Shown: positions 44,699-53,387 of the stretch, one piece after another
How positions within the stretch are numbered: the first letter of the stretch is position 1
Layout of the letters: each line of letters opens with the position of its first letter
Position numbers and translations under genes: made by a program
DNA from: Prevotella sp.
Lineage (GTDB): Bacteria > Bacteroidota > Bacteroidia > Bacteroidales > Bacteroidaceae
DNA: 64,000 nucleotides
NCBI GenBank assembly: GCA_050873125.1
Contig: JBNMIE010000001.1
Coordinates: 17,878 to 81,877, forward strand
Direction: 5' to 3'
Notes under the pieces: generated by a model
The model's database searches: none
What the model saw: only the letters and a program-made list of their open reading frames with translations
What the model was told of the DNA's origin: nothing

Positions 44699-45736
44699 AT
44701 GAATCCTATCATCTCTGTCATTGTCGTCACCTACAACCAGGAAGCGACCATCGCCCGAACCCTCGACTCCATCCTCGCCCAACGTTGTCACGCTCCCTTT
44801 GAGATTGTCATTGGAGAGGATGGTTCATCCGATGGCACCCGCCTTGTCTGCCAACGATATGTCAGACAACATCCCGACATGATTCGGTTGATGCCCCAAA
44901 AGCCCAACAAAGGAGTGGTCAACAACTATATGGATTGTCTGCTTGCGACTCGCGGTACTTATATCGCAGACTGCGCTGGCGATGACTACTGGATTGATTC
45001 AGAGAAACTTGAGAAAGAACTGCGTGTGATGGAGCAGGACGACCAAATCACACTTGTTCATACCGGTTGGAACTGGTATGACGTGCGGACAGGACACACT
45101 CACCCCAACACTTTCATTCCTTTTCCCGATGCTGTCACTGACGGCAAGAAAATGCTCGAAGCCATCCTCACAGCCACACAAGCACCTGTAGTCCACCTGT
45201 GCACAGCCCTCTACCGGGCCGCTGCCATCCGCCAAATTTATAAAGAGAAGACCCATCTTTTCCGTGGAGCGGAATTGGTGTGTGAGGATTTGCAAATCAC
45301 GTTTACCCTTGCCGCTACAGGCAAATTCGCTTACCTTCCCGACCTCACGCTCAACTACAGCTACGGAAAAGAGTCCATCTCCAATCAAGGTGAAGGACGC
45401 GCTGCAGAGGGTAAGCAATTCGTCTTTATGCGGCGCGCCACAGACTTGGCATTCCAACTGATGACCGAATACAACTTGCCGCAAACAGCAAAACTAAAGG
45501 ATTTTTTCGCCCTTCGCGTCTATAGTCTACAGATGCACGCATTCCGCCTCCATGACACCCATCTGTTTTTGGAAACCCAATCATGCATTTACGACTGGCA
45601 AGTCGTGCCAACCATGCGTATTAAACTGTTGCAAACCATCATGAGCCACCCACTGCTTTGGAGCATCATGCTGCACATTAGAAATGTGGTAGTCAGCCTG
45701 AAGCATTTCGTTGCTCGCAGAGTAAGCATCCGCTAA
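44699..45736 (+). CDS. Glycosyltransferase family 2
   Basis: VTYNQ, EDGSSDGT and GDDYW motifs. Confidence 0.92.
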   Translation: MNPIISVIVVTYNQEATIARTLDSILAQRCHAPFEIVIGEDGSSDGTRLVCQRYVRQHPDMIRLMPQKPNKGVVNNYMDCLLATRGTYIADCAGDDYWIDSEKLEKELRVMEQDDQITLVHTGWNWYDVRTGHTHPNTFIPFPDAVTDGKKMLEAILTATQAPVVHLCTALYRAAAIRQIYKEKTHLFRGAELVCEDLQITFTLAATGKFAYLPDLTLNYSYGKESISNQGEGRAAEGKQFVFMRRATDLAFQLMTEYNLPQTAKLKDFFALRVYSLQMHAFRLHDTHLFLETQSCIYDWQVVPTMRIKLLQTIMSHPLLWSIMLHIRNVVVSLKHFVARRVSIR

Positions 45737-45835
45737 TGGCGGACTAATCAAATTTTCACCGCGGTGAAAATTCCGTTAATGGCACACTAACGCCTCGTTA
45801 ACGGCACACTAACAATTTGCTAATAGCATACTAAC
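45731..45835. repeat. Degenerate 22-bp-period repeat array with an embedded 22-bp perfect palindrome
   Basis: CG(T/C)TAA(T/C)GGCACACTAAC-like units at 45731, 45774, 45796 and 45818; AATTTTCACCGCGGTGAAAATT at 45751-45772. Confidence 0.85.
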
Positions 45836-46006
45836 AATAGGTTGAGGTATTATAAATGCTTAATACGTCGACAGAAAAATCTTTTTCTAAATATTCCGGA
45901 GCATAAGCACATCTTTCTGATTTTATCGCTATATTTGCCGCGTCATACAGATGAATGGAAAGTCGGTAGGACAGAAACTTCATGAAATGACTAAATTTAA
46001 AAGTTG

Positions 46007-46741
46007 ATGGCAATGAGAAACAAGAAGACAAAAACCGGCTTGCAGTGGGTTTTCATAGCCGGTTGTGTGATTGTGGCAGTAATCGGCATACTCGCCATAC
46101 GAACTGAAATGACGGATAAAGAAGCCGAGGAGAAAACCGCAATGCATATCCGAGATTCAGTGCTTCTTTCCAAGAAAGCGGAGAAGAAGACTGCGATACA
46201 GAACCCAGATACAATGCCCCGGTCTCCAAAAGTGGAGGAAAACGTTGACGTTTCGGCAGTCTTGAAGAAGTTGGCCCATTCCAAACTTCGTAAATATTAC
46301 AACGACCGTTTCGGTTTTACTTTTTTCTATCCCTCTTGTTTCAAAATGGGCCCCGCACCGACGAACAATGACGGACGAGCCTTCAAAATGGGGCCTGGCT
46401 TTGTGCTGGTAGCCTCTGGCATGCATATCGGTGAAGAAGAAACGTTCAGTAAGCGTTATGAGTTCAGCCGGAGTCAGCTGTCCCCAATTATATACAGCCA
46501 TAAAAAAGGCAACTGTTACGTCTTGGCAGGCAAAAGAAGCAAGGATGACGCAGAAGAGAATGCGCAAGAAAATTACAGCGCAACGGCCTCCGTTGGCTAT
46601 TGGCAAAAATCCATGCTCATGAAATCATCCTTAGAAGGAGTCCCTGTATGGTTCGACATCAGTCTTTATTATCCTTCAGAGTATAGTAAGGCTGCAGACA
46701 AACTCATCAAGATGATAGACAAGAACAACCCTATGCATTAA
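46007..46741 (+). CDS. Hypothetical N-terminally anchored protein
   Basis: Basic N-terminus, one TM segment, then YYNDRFGFTFFYP; TATATTTG promoter near 45930. Confidence 0.75.
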   Translation: MAMRNKKTKTGLQWVFIAGCVIVAVIGILAIRTEMTDKEAEEKTAMHIRDSVLLSKKAEKKTAIQNPDTMPRSPKVEENVDVSAVLKKLAHSKLRKYYNDRFGFTFFYPSCFKMGPAPTNNDGRAFKMGPGFVLVASGMHIGEEETFSKRYEFSRSQLSPIIYSHKKGNCYVLAGKRSKDDAEENAQENYSATASVGYWQKSMLMKSSLEGVPVWFDISLYYPSEYSKAADKLIKMIDKNNPMH

Positions 46742-46752
46742 GTTCTCTTTCC

Positions 46753-46808
46753 GCATAGCCTCATACATAACGGCATATAGAAGCCTGCCTCTATGCATGA
46801 GGCTATGC
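46753..46808. terminator. Hairpin between convergent genes
   Basis: gcatagcctcat/atgaggctatgc stem. Confidence 0.65.
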
Positions 46809-46828
46809 TGTTCAGAAAAGACGACAGT

Positions 46829-48004
46829 TTATAAAAGCTCTTGAAAAAGTTCTGTCAAGCGCTTTCCTACGGCTTGAGGCGAAACCTGCAAGCCAACCTC
46901 TGCGGAGATTTTATCCCCATCAAAAGAAGTATAGTTGTCCGACACCTCACACATTTTTTCATACAAGGCATGGGCATCGTCAATGGGCACAATCAGACAA
47001 CCGACCAAACGCTGATTTTTAGGCACCACCTCTGTAGATATTACGGGGATGCCAGTGCTCATCGCCTCCAACAAGACAAGCGGTTGCGCCTCACTCCGGG
47101 AAGCGAGCACCAGACAATCACTCTCGTAAAGGATGTTGCGCACTCCCGACTTATCGACCAAGCCCCGAATATCCACCACATCTTTCAGTCCCCGCTCTTC
47201 CACCATTCTCGTCAAAGCAGGAGAATCGGTGTAAGTGCCGGCAATAATCAAGCGCACATTCGAAGACTTTCTGTCGACATATTCACAGAAAGCGTCGAGC
47301 AACACATCATATCCTTTCAACGGAATGAACATGGCAAGACAGCAAAAGACGAAGGGACGATCCTGCAGCGGTTGACGACGAACCGGAACGAAAAAGTCTG
47401 TGTCAATCGTGTTGGAAACATCCACCCAATGGTATTCTCTACCGAAATAAGGAGCAATATCGTCCACCAATTCCGCCGACACCGGGATGACAAGATTAGC
47501 CTGCCGATACACATCTTTCAGCAGCGGAATCTGCCAAACCTGCTCCAAGGGGCGAGTGCCAAACTCCTTAGCGAAAACGAGATGTGAGAGATGCTCCGTG
47601 ACGACATAGGGCACATTCCATTTCCGGGCAAGTTTCATGGCTGCATATCCCGCCCATTTTCCGCAATGCGCATGAATGATATCCGGTCTGCCGTAACGTG
47701 CCACGTATCGGTCAGTCATCCTGCATACTGCCCTCACCCACCGGTGCATATTCAGCCGAGGACTCTTGGGGAGACCACGCATCTGACGATAGAACACCGT
47801 GATTCCATCCATCTCCTTCACCTTGCATCGGGTATCCGCAGTCAGATATTTCCATTTGCTGATGGTCATTCCCAATTGCACACACGCCACGATGCGCACA
47901 GTATTTCCCTGCTTCGCCAAAGCCTTGCTCTGGTCGAGACAGAACGCACCCCCATAGGGAGGGAAAAAGGACGGAATCTCAAGGATATGCATGGTGAAAA
48001 ACAT
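46829..48004 (-). CDS. Glycosyltransferase family 4
   Basis: PDIIHAH, VVTEH, KGYD and SEAQPLVLLEAM motifs. Confidence 0.92.
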   Translation of the reverse strand: MFFTMHILEIPSFFPPYGGAFCLDQSKALAKQGNTVRIVACVQLGMTISKWKYLTADTRCKVKEMDGITVFYRQMRGLPKSPRLNMHRWVRAVCRMTDRYVARYGRPDIIHAHCGKWAGYAAMKLARKWNVPYVVTEHLSHLVFAKEFGTRPLEQVWQIPLLKDVYRQANLVIPVSAELVDDIAPYFGREYHWVDVSNTIDTDFFVPVRRQPLQDRPFVFCCLAMFIPLKGYDVLLDAFCEYVDRKSSNVRLIIAGTYTDSPALTRMVEERGLKDVVDIRGLVDKSGVRNILYESDCLVLASRSEAQPLVLLEAMSTGIPVISTEVVPKNQRLVGCLIVPIDDAHALYEKMCEVSDNYTSFDGDKISAEVGLQVSPQAVGKRLTELFQELL

Positions 48005-48080
48005 TAAAAAAGCCCTGCCTATTCACACGAACGAGCAGGGTATAAGTTGAACAAAATTTTCAAAAAAATGCATTCTAAAA

Positions 48081-48656
48081 TTACTTACGATTCTTACACA
48101 TGCTCACAAAATATTCATGCACACGTGTATCATCATTAAGTTCGGGATGGAAAGCCGTGACGAGTTGGTTGCCCTGTCGGGCAGCAACAATATGGCCATC
48201 CACCTCAGCAAGCACTTCTGCCTCACCCCAAACTTCCTTTATATAAGGAGCACGGATGAATGTCATCGGCACATTGCCCTCAATGCCCTTCATGGGAGCC
48301 TCAACATAGAAGCTGCCCAACTGGCGTCCATAGGCGTTGCGCAAGGCGGTGATGTCCATGGTGGCTATGCGACGGCTCGGTTCTCCCTCGATTTTCTTGG
48401 CGAGAAGAATCAAGCCCGCACATGTGCCATAAACAGGGAGTCCCTTGGCAATTGCGTCCTTCACAGGTTCCATCAGTTCCAATTCGTTGAGGAGCTTAGC
48501 CTGTGTGGTGCTCTCGCCACCCGGAATGATCAGTCCGTCCTTGGGTTGATCCCAGTCCTTCAGTTGTCTCACCTCAAAACTTTCCACGCCAAGGTGCTCA
48601 AGTTTCTGACGATGTTCGGCAAAAGCGCCCTGAAGAGCCAATACTGCTATTTTCAT
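48081..48656 (-). CDS. pdxT: PLP synthase glutaminase subunit
   Basis: LALQGAF, PGGEST, GTCAG, RNAYGRQ, FIRAP and FHPEL motifs. Confidence 0.97.
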   Translation of the reverse strand: MKIAVLALQGAFAEHRQKLEHLGVESFEVRQLKDWDQPKDGLIIPGGESTTQAKLLNELELMEPVKDAIAKGLPVYGTCAGLILLAKKIEGEPSRRIATMDITALRNAYGRQLGSFYVEAPMKGIEGNVPMTFIRAPYIKEVWGEAEVLAEVDGHIVAARQGNQLVTAFHPELNDDTRVHEYFVSMCKNRK

Positions 48657-48673
48657 TGTTTCCTTTTCTGTTT

Positions 48674-49549
48674 TTATTTTCCTCTCTCAGCCATGAGCAG
48701 GGCAATCTCCTGTTCGTTGATACCCACCATTGCCTCACCGAGATCTTCAGAGAGTTCTGCGAGCATCTTGGCATCGTTATAGTTGGTCACAGCCTTCACA
48801 ATGGCAGCGGCACGCTTGGCAGGATTGCCGCTCTTGAAGATACCAGAACCTACGAATACACCCTCTGCGCCCAACTGCATCATCAGTGCGGCATCGGCAG
48901 GAGTAGCGACACCACCTGCGGCAAAGTTCACCACTGGAAGCTTTCCGTTCTCATGAACATACTTCACGAGATCGTAAGGAGCCTGCAACTGCTTGGCAGC
49001 CTCATAGAGTTCGTCTTCGCTCATAGACACAAGACGGCGGATTTCGCTCTGCATCATGCGCATGTGAGTCACAGCCTGTACCACGTCGCCAGTACCCGGT
49101 TCACCCTTGGTACGAATCATTGTGGCACCCTCGGCAATACGGCGAAGCGCCTCACCCAAGTTTTTGGCACCGCAAACGAAAGGCACATCAAACTTGGTCT
49201 TGTCGATATGATATACATTGTCTGCTGGAGAGAGCACCTCGCTCTCGTCGATATAGTCGATTTCGATAGCCTGGAGAATTTGAGCCTCGGCAAAATGACC
49301 GATACGGCACTTGGCCATCACAGGAATAGAAACAGCCTCCTGAATGCCCTTGATCATCTTGGGGTCGCTCATACGAGAGACACCACCTGCGGCACGGATG
49401 TCGGCAGGAATACGTTCCAAAGCCATCACGGCGCAAGCGCCTGCTGCCTCGGCTATCTTAGCCTGTTCTGGAGTCGTAACGTCCATAATCACACCGCCCT
49501 TGAGCATCTGCGCCAAGTTGCGGTTAAGGGTTTGTCTGTCTTCTTTCAT
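48674..49549 (-). CDS. pdxS: PLP synthase lyase subunit
   Basis: [26 protein letters not shown] and [13 protein letters not shown] motifs. Confidence 0.98.
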   Translation of the reverse strand: MKEDRQTLNRNLAQMLKGGVIMDVTTPEQAKIAEAAGACAVMALERIPADIRAAGGVSRMSDPKMIKGIQEAVSIPVMAKCRIGHFAEAQILQAIEIDYIDESEVLSPADNVYHIDKTKFDVPFVCGAKNLGEALRRIAEGATMIRTKGEPGTGDVVQAVTHMRMMQSEIRRLVSMSEDELYEAAKQLQAPYDLVKYVHENGKLPVVNFAAGGVATPADAALMMQLGAEGVFVGSGIFKSGNPAKRAAAIVKAVTNYNDAKMLAELSEDLGEAMVGINEQEIALLMAERGK

Positions 49550-49687
49550 TTCTTTTATGCTTATTACTTTTGTTTACTTTTTCTTGCTATAAGAAAGCAA
49601 ATTATCGCTTTCAGAGTGCAAAGTAACAAAAAAACAATGAAACAGCGAAATAAAACGCTCGCTTTTTTACAATGACAGTCCGACTCG

Positions 49688-50013
49688 TCACATCTTCGTG
49701 CCCGACATCCAAAGGAGGTAGAGCATGAGAAGCCAATCCAGGTCCTTACGAAGAAGGGACAAGGCGGGAACCATCCGGCAGTTTCACCTTATAATATCCG
49801 CCCTGCGGTATGCGCAGTGTGTCCACGGTCAGCACGGCATCATGAAACAAGTCATAGTCGTCCGCTTTCTGTTGAGCAAGCACCATTGCCTTCATAGCTT
49901 GAGCGGTGCCGTTCCCCGGATCAAGGGCGACAACCCTACCCGATGACAAGATGAGTTGGCCTGCCGCATGAAGGGTACAATGCCTTATATATAAGTTGTT
50001 CGTATTTGTCCAT
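49688..50013 (-). pseudogene. Heavily deleted FecR-family anti-sigma relic
   Basis: Fragments in different frames: MDKYEQLIYKAL; QLILSSGRVVALD; DTLRIPQGGYYKVKLPDGS (FecR signature); possible C-terminal LRKDLDWLL. Confidence 0.7.
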
Positions 50014-50299
50014 CTCTTTTCTCCTTTTATAATAAGAAGACACGTGAACAAGGGCTTACACGTGTCACATTCTTTATTTTAACATTTATTCATTCTCCGC
50101 CATAGCTTGACATGCCAAACGAGGTGTTGAAATGTTAAAAATAAAGCACGATTACATGAAAAGTAAAAATATTCATTGTTATTGAAAAACAACACGCTAC
50201 CTTTGTACTAAAATTGAAGTGCAATATTATTTTGACACACAAGAAAATGATTTCAGTAGACAACACAAAGTGTGTCAAGAGAAGAACAAATAAGAATCT

Positions 50300-51040
50300 A
50301 TGAGTAAGAAAGAACAAATTGTTTCGTTTTTGTGGCAGCATGTGCTGCTACTCATTTCTTTGTATGTGATGACTTTAGGTGTGGCGGTTTGTGTGAGAAG
50401 CATGTTGGGATCAAGTGTGATTTCCACCTTGCCGTATGTATTCGAGACAGCAGGCAAACAGGGATTGGGCGTCCCCAAGTTCACTATCGGTCAATACACT
50501 TATATCATGAATGCCCTATTAGTGGTCGGACAAATTGCTGTTTTGCGCCGTAAATTTGAACTCGTACAATTGTTTCAGCTCCTGGTGGGTTTCGTCTTTG
50601 GCTCGCTCATCGACATCAATATGTTTCTTACGACGTGGTTGGCCCCCACCGATTTATGGCAGAAGATTGTTTCACAGATTTTGGGATGCACCATCTTGGG
50701 CATCGGCATATCCTTGGAGGTGAGATGTGGATCGGTCACAATGCCCGGCGAAGGATTTCCTGTTGCTGTAAGCCAAGTGACGGGTGTAGAGTTTCCAAAA
50801 GTAAAGATATGGGTAGATTGCTCATTGGTTATCCTGGCAGTCATCTTCTGCTATGTGTTTTTCGGTGCATGGCAATGGTATATCGTTGGCATCGGAACAC
50901 TCTTTGCCATGATATATGTCGGCATGGTGGTACGAACCATCGGCAAGCATCTTTCATGGTTTGACAGAATCTTGGCTTATCAGCCAGGGTTCAGACGATA
51001 TGTCTATGGTTTGGCAAGATTTATCTTCAAGCAGAAATAA
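50300..51040 (+). CDS. YczE/YitT-family membrane protein
   Basis: LGSSVISTLPY, TIGQYT, PGEG and VGIGTL motifs. Confidence 0.85.
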   Translation: MSKKEQIVSFLWQHVLLLISLYVMTLGVAVCVRSMLGSSVISTLPYVFETAGKQGLGVPKFTIGQYTYIMNALLVVGQIAVLRRKFELVQLFQLLVGFVFGSLIDINMFLTTWLAPTDLWQKIVSQILGCTILGIGISLEVRCGSVTMPGEGFPVAVSQVTGVEFPKVKIWVDCSLVILAVIFCYVFFGAWQWYIVGIGTLFAMIYVGMVVRTIGKHLSWFDRILAYQPGFRRYVYGLARFIFKQK

Positions 51041-51147
51041 CGAGGCAGGAACTTTGAAAACCTCGTAGCCTTGTCACATCAAGTATTTTCTGTCCTCAAC
51101 AAGATTGGAAGTTGAGATAAAACATTTCCTTTTGTATTACAGGGCGG

Positions 51148-52029
51148 TTATTGGGACTTTTGCTCCCTATATTGTCGTGGCGACATACCCAGTTCCCGTT
51201 TCACATATTTTCCAAAGAAGGAAAGGTTGTTAAAACCTGTGTCATTGGCTATCTCCTTGATGGTTTTGTCAGAGGAAGTGAGCATGTTCTTGATATAGTT
51301 CACTGTGATGCCATTGATAATCTCAGAAGCCGTTTTGCCGGATTGTTTTTTGCAGACAGAAGAGAGATATTTCGGAGTAATACAAAGCTCTTCGGCATAA
51401 TAGGAAACTTCGCGGCGAAGAGGAGCCTCCTTGGATGTAAGACTCACGAAATGTTTGAATATAACTTCTGCTGAAGAATAGTTGCGATTAGGTGCTTGCT
51501 GTTTGAGCATGGGTGATATTCTGTCATAAAATTCAAACACGAGTGACTGCAACATCAATTTGACGATTTGCTCATGATGAGGCAGGTCGGTGGCCGACAA
51601 TTTATGTTTTAGCAACTCAAAATTGAGCAGGAAGTCGCAGACCTCTTGTTCATTGAGATGAAACATGTGCTGTTCGCGAACAATCAAACTTGCCTCCCAA
51701 ATGTTGCCACCCAACAAGAAGATATTCTCAAAATAGGCAGGTGACATCAACATGCCATGACACTTGAAGTCATAACTTATCATCGCATTCTGGATAAACT
51801 GGTTGGGATGGGCAAGCATCAAGTCGTTCTTTTCCAAATGATATTCAACTCCATCCATTGTGCAAGAAGCCTTTCCTGCAAGACACAATATGGCTGCATA
51901 GGCTTCTGCATGCACATTTTCTTTTGGCAGGTCACCTAACTCTTCAAAGACGGCGATGTCTTTGTCTGTGAGCTTTTCCAAACGCAACTGATATTCCTTT
52001 TCCGTAATGTTTTTATCTATTATTTTCAT
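51148..52029 (-). CDS. AraC-family regulator divergent from the RND operon
   Basis: VSYYAEELCITPKYLS...GF.NLSFFGKYVKRELGMSP. Confidence 0.93.
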   Translation of the reverse strand: MKIIDKNITEKEYQLRLEKLTDKDIAVFEELGDLPKENVHAEAYAAILCLAGKASCTMDGVEYHLEKNDLMLAHPNQFIQNAMISYDFKCHGMLMSPAYFENIFLLGGNIWEASLIVREQHMFHLNEQEVCDFLLNFELLKHKLSATDLPHHEQIVKLMLQSLVFEFYDRISPMLKQQAPNRNYSSAEVIFKHFVSLTSKEAPLRREVSYYAEELCITPKYLSSVCKKQSGKTASEIINGITVNYIKNMLTSSDKTIKEIANDTGFNNLSFFGKYVKRELGMSPRQYREQKSQ

Positions 52030-52276
52030 TGCTTATTTTGTCCTTGTAGTGATACACTTTTCTTTTCGGGACAAAAGTACGACTATTTCCCGAAACAAGA
52101 AGTGGTATGCATCTCCCCTTTAGTGTTTTATATTTCACCTTTTTGTCATAATGAAGTGTTATCAGACACTTTTGGAGGTGTAAATCATCCTATTTATCAA
52201 CATAAAGCAAGTATTTTTGCATCCGATTTCGAAAAAGAGCAAAACGGAATTGAATAAAAACATAACAAAGAGTAAG

Positions 52277-53350
52277 ATGAAAAAGAAAGGATTTTTGAGC
52301 GTTTCTACCGCCATGTTGTTGCTTGCCTTCTCGCTTCTCGTGAGCTGTGGAAAGAAAGCAAAGCTTCAGGCTACGGTAGAGCCAGTTCAAGTGAAGGAGA
52401 CGATTGTAGGCGATGGCACACTGACCAATGGCAACACCTCTGCCAATTTCAGCTATTCAGGAACCGTGGAAGAGGAGAATGGTTCAGCGTTGAGTTTCAC
52501 GACTGGCGGAACCATCATGCAGCTGAGGGTGAATGTTGGCGACCGTGTGCACAAGGGACAGTTGATCGCCTCCGTTGACCCCACTTCCATCCGCAACAAC
52601 TACGAGATGGCTCATGCCAGCAAGATGCAGGCAGAGGATGCCTATAAGCGCATGAAGCAACTGCACGACAAGGGAAGTCTGCCCGACATCAAGTGGGTGG
52701 AAGTGCTGAGCCAGCTCCAGCAAGCAATATCCGCTGAGAACATCGCACGCAAGAACCTTGGCGACTGCAATCTCTATGCACCTTTCAGTGGCGTCATTTC
52801 CGAGAAATACGCCGAGGTAGGTCAGAACGCAGCTCCGGGAATGCCCGTGGTGAAGCTTGTTACCACCAATGTGCTGAACGTGGTGATTTCTGTACCCGAG
52901 AGCGAGATGGCAAGCATCCATGTTCGCCAACGTGCAAGAATACAAGTACAGGCGCTCGGTGGAAAGCAGTACAGTGGCTATGTGGAAGAAAAAGGTGTGA
53001 TAGCCGACCCTTCCTCCCGCTCCTACAGCGTGAAGATTCGTGTGGAGGGCGTAGACAATGCCTTGCTTCCAGGTATGGTGTCACAAGTGAGTCTCGCCAA
53101 GATAGACGCCACAATGTCTGGCGACAACGGAGCAGCGATTGTAATACCAGCCTCCATCGTCCAAATAGCCGATGACAACAGCCGTTTCGTTTGGGTTGAC
53201 GAGGATGGCAAAGCTGTTCGACGCCCCATCACCATCGGAGAATACCAAAGCAATGGTGTGACCATCACAAGCGGACTGCAGCGTGGTGACAGATTGATTG
53301 TAGAAGGACAGCAGAAGGTTTGTACAGGCACGAAAGTGAAGAACAAATAG
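52277..53350 (+). CDS. RND efflux membrane fusion protein (lipoprotein)
   Basis: LVSC lipobox; lipoyl-like motifs VNVGDRV.KGQ and APFSGV; ATG at 52277. Confidence 0.92.
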   Translation: MKKKGFLSVSTAMLLLAFSLLVSCGKKAKLQATVEPVQVKETIVGDGTLTNGNTSANFSYSGTVEEENGSALSFTTGGTIMQLRVNVGDRVHKGQLIASVDPTSIRNNYEMAHASKMQAEDAYKRMKQLHDKGSLPDIKWVEVLSQLQQAISAENIARKNLGDCNLYAPFSGVISEKYAEVGQNAAPGMPVVKLVTTNVLNVVISVPESEMASIHVRQRARIQVQALGGKQYSGYVEEKGVIADPSSRSYSVKIRVEGVDNALLPGMVSQVSLAKIDATMSGDNGAAIVIPASIVQIADDNSRFVWVDEDGKAVRRPITIGEYQSNGVTITSGLQRGDRLIVEGQQKVCTGTKVKNK

Positions 53351-53387
53351 TGAAAATTCAAGTACAAACTTGACAAATTAATAGACA

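Noticed and set aside
45731-45835. CRISPR array (also considered for 57891-57986)
   Set aside because: Units are near-tandem with 4-7 bp gaps, there are no unique spacers of about 30 bp, and there are no cas genes
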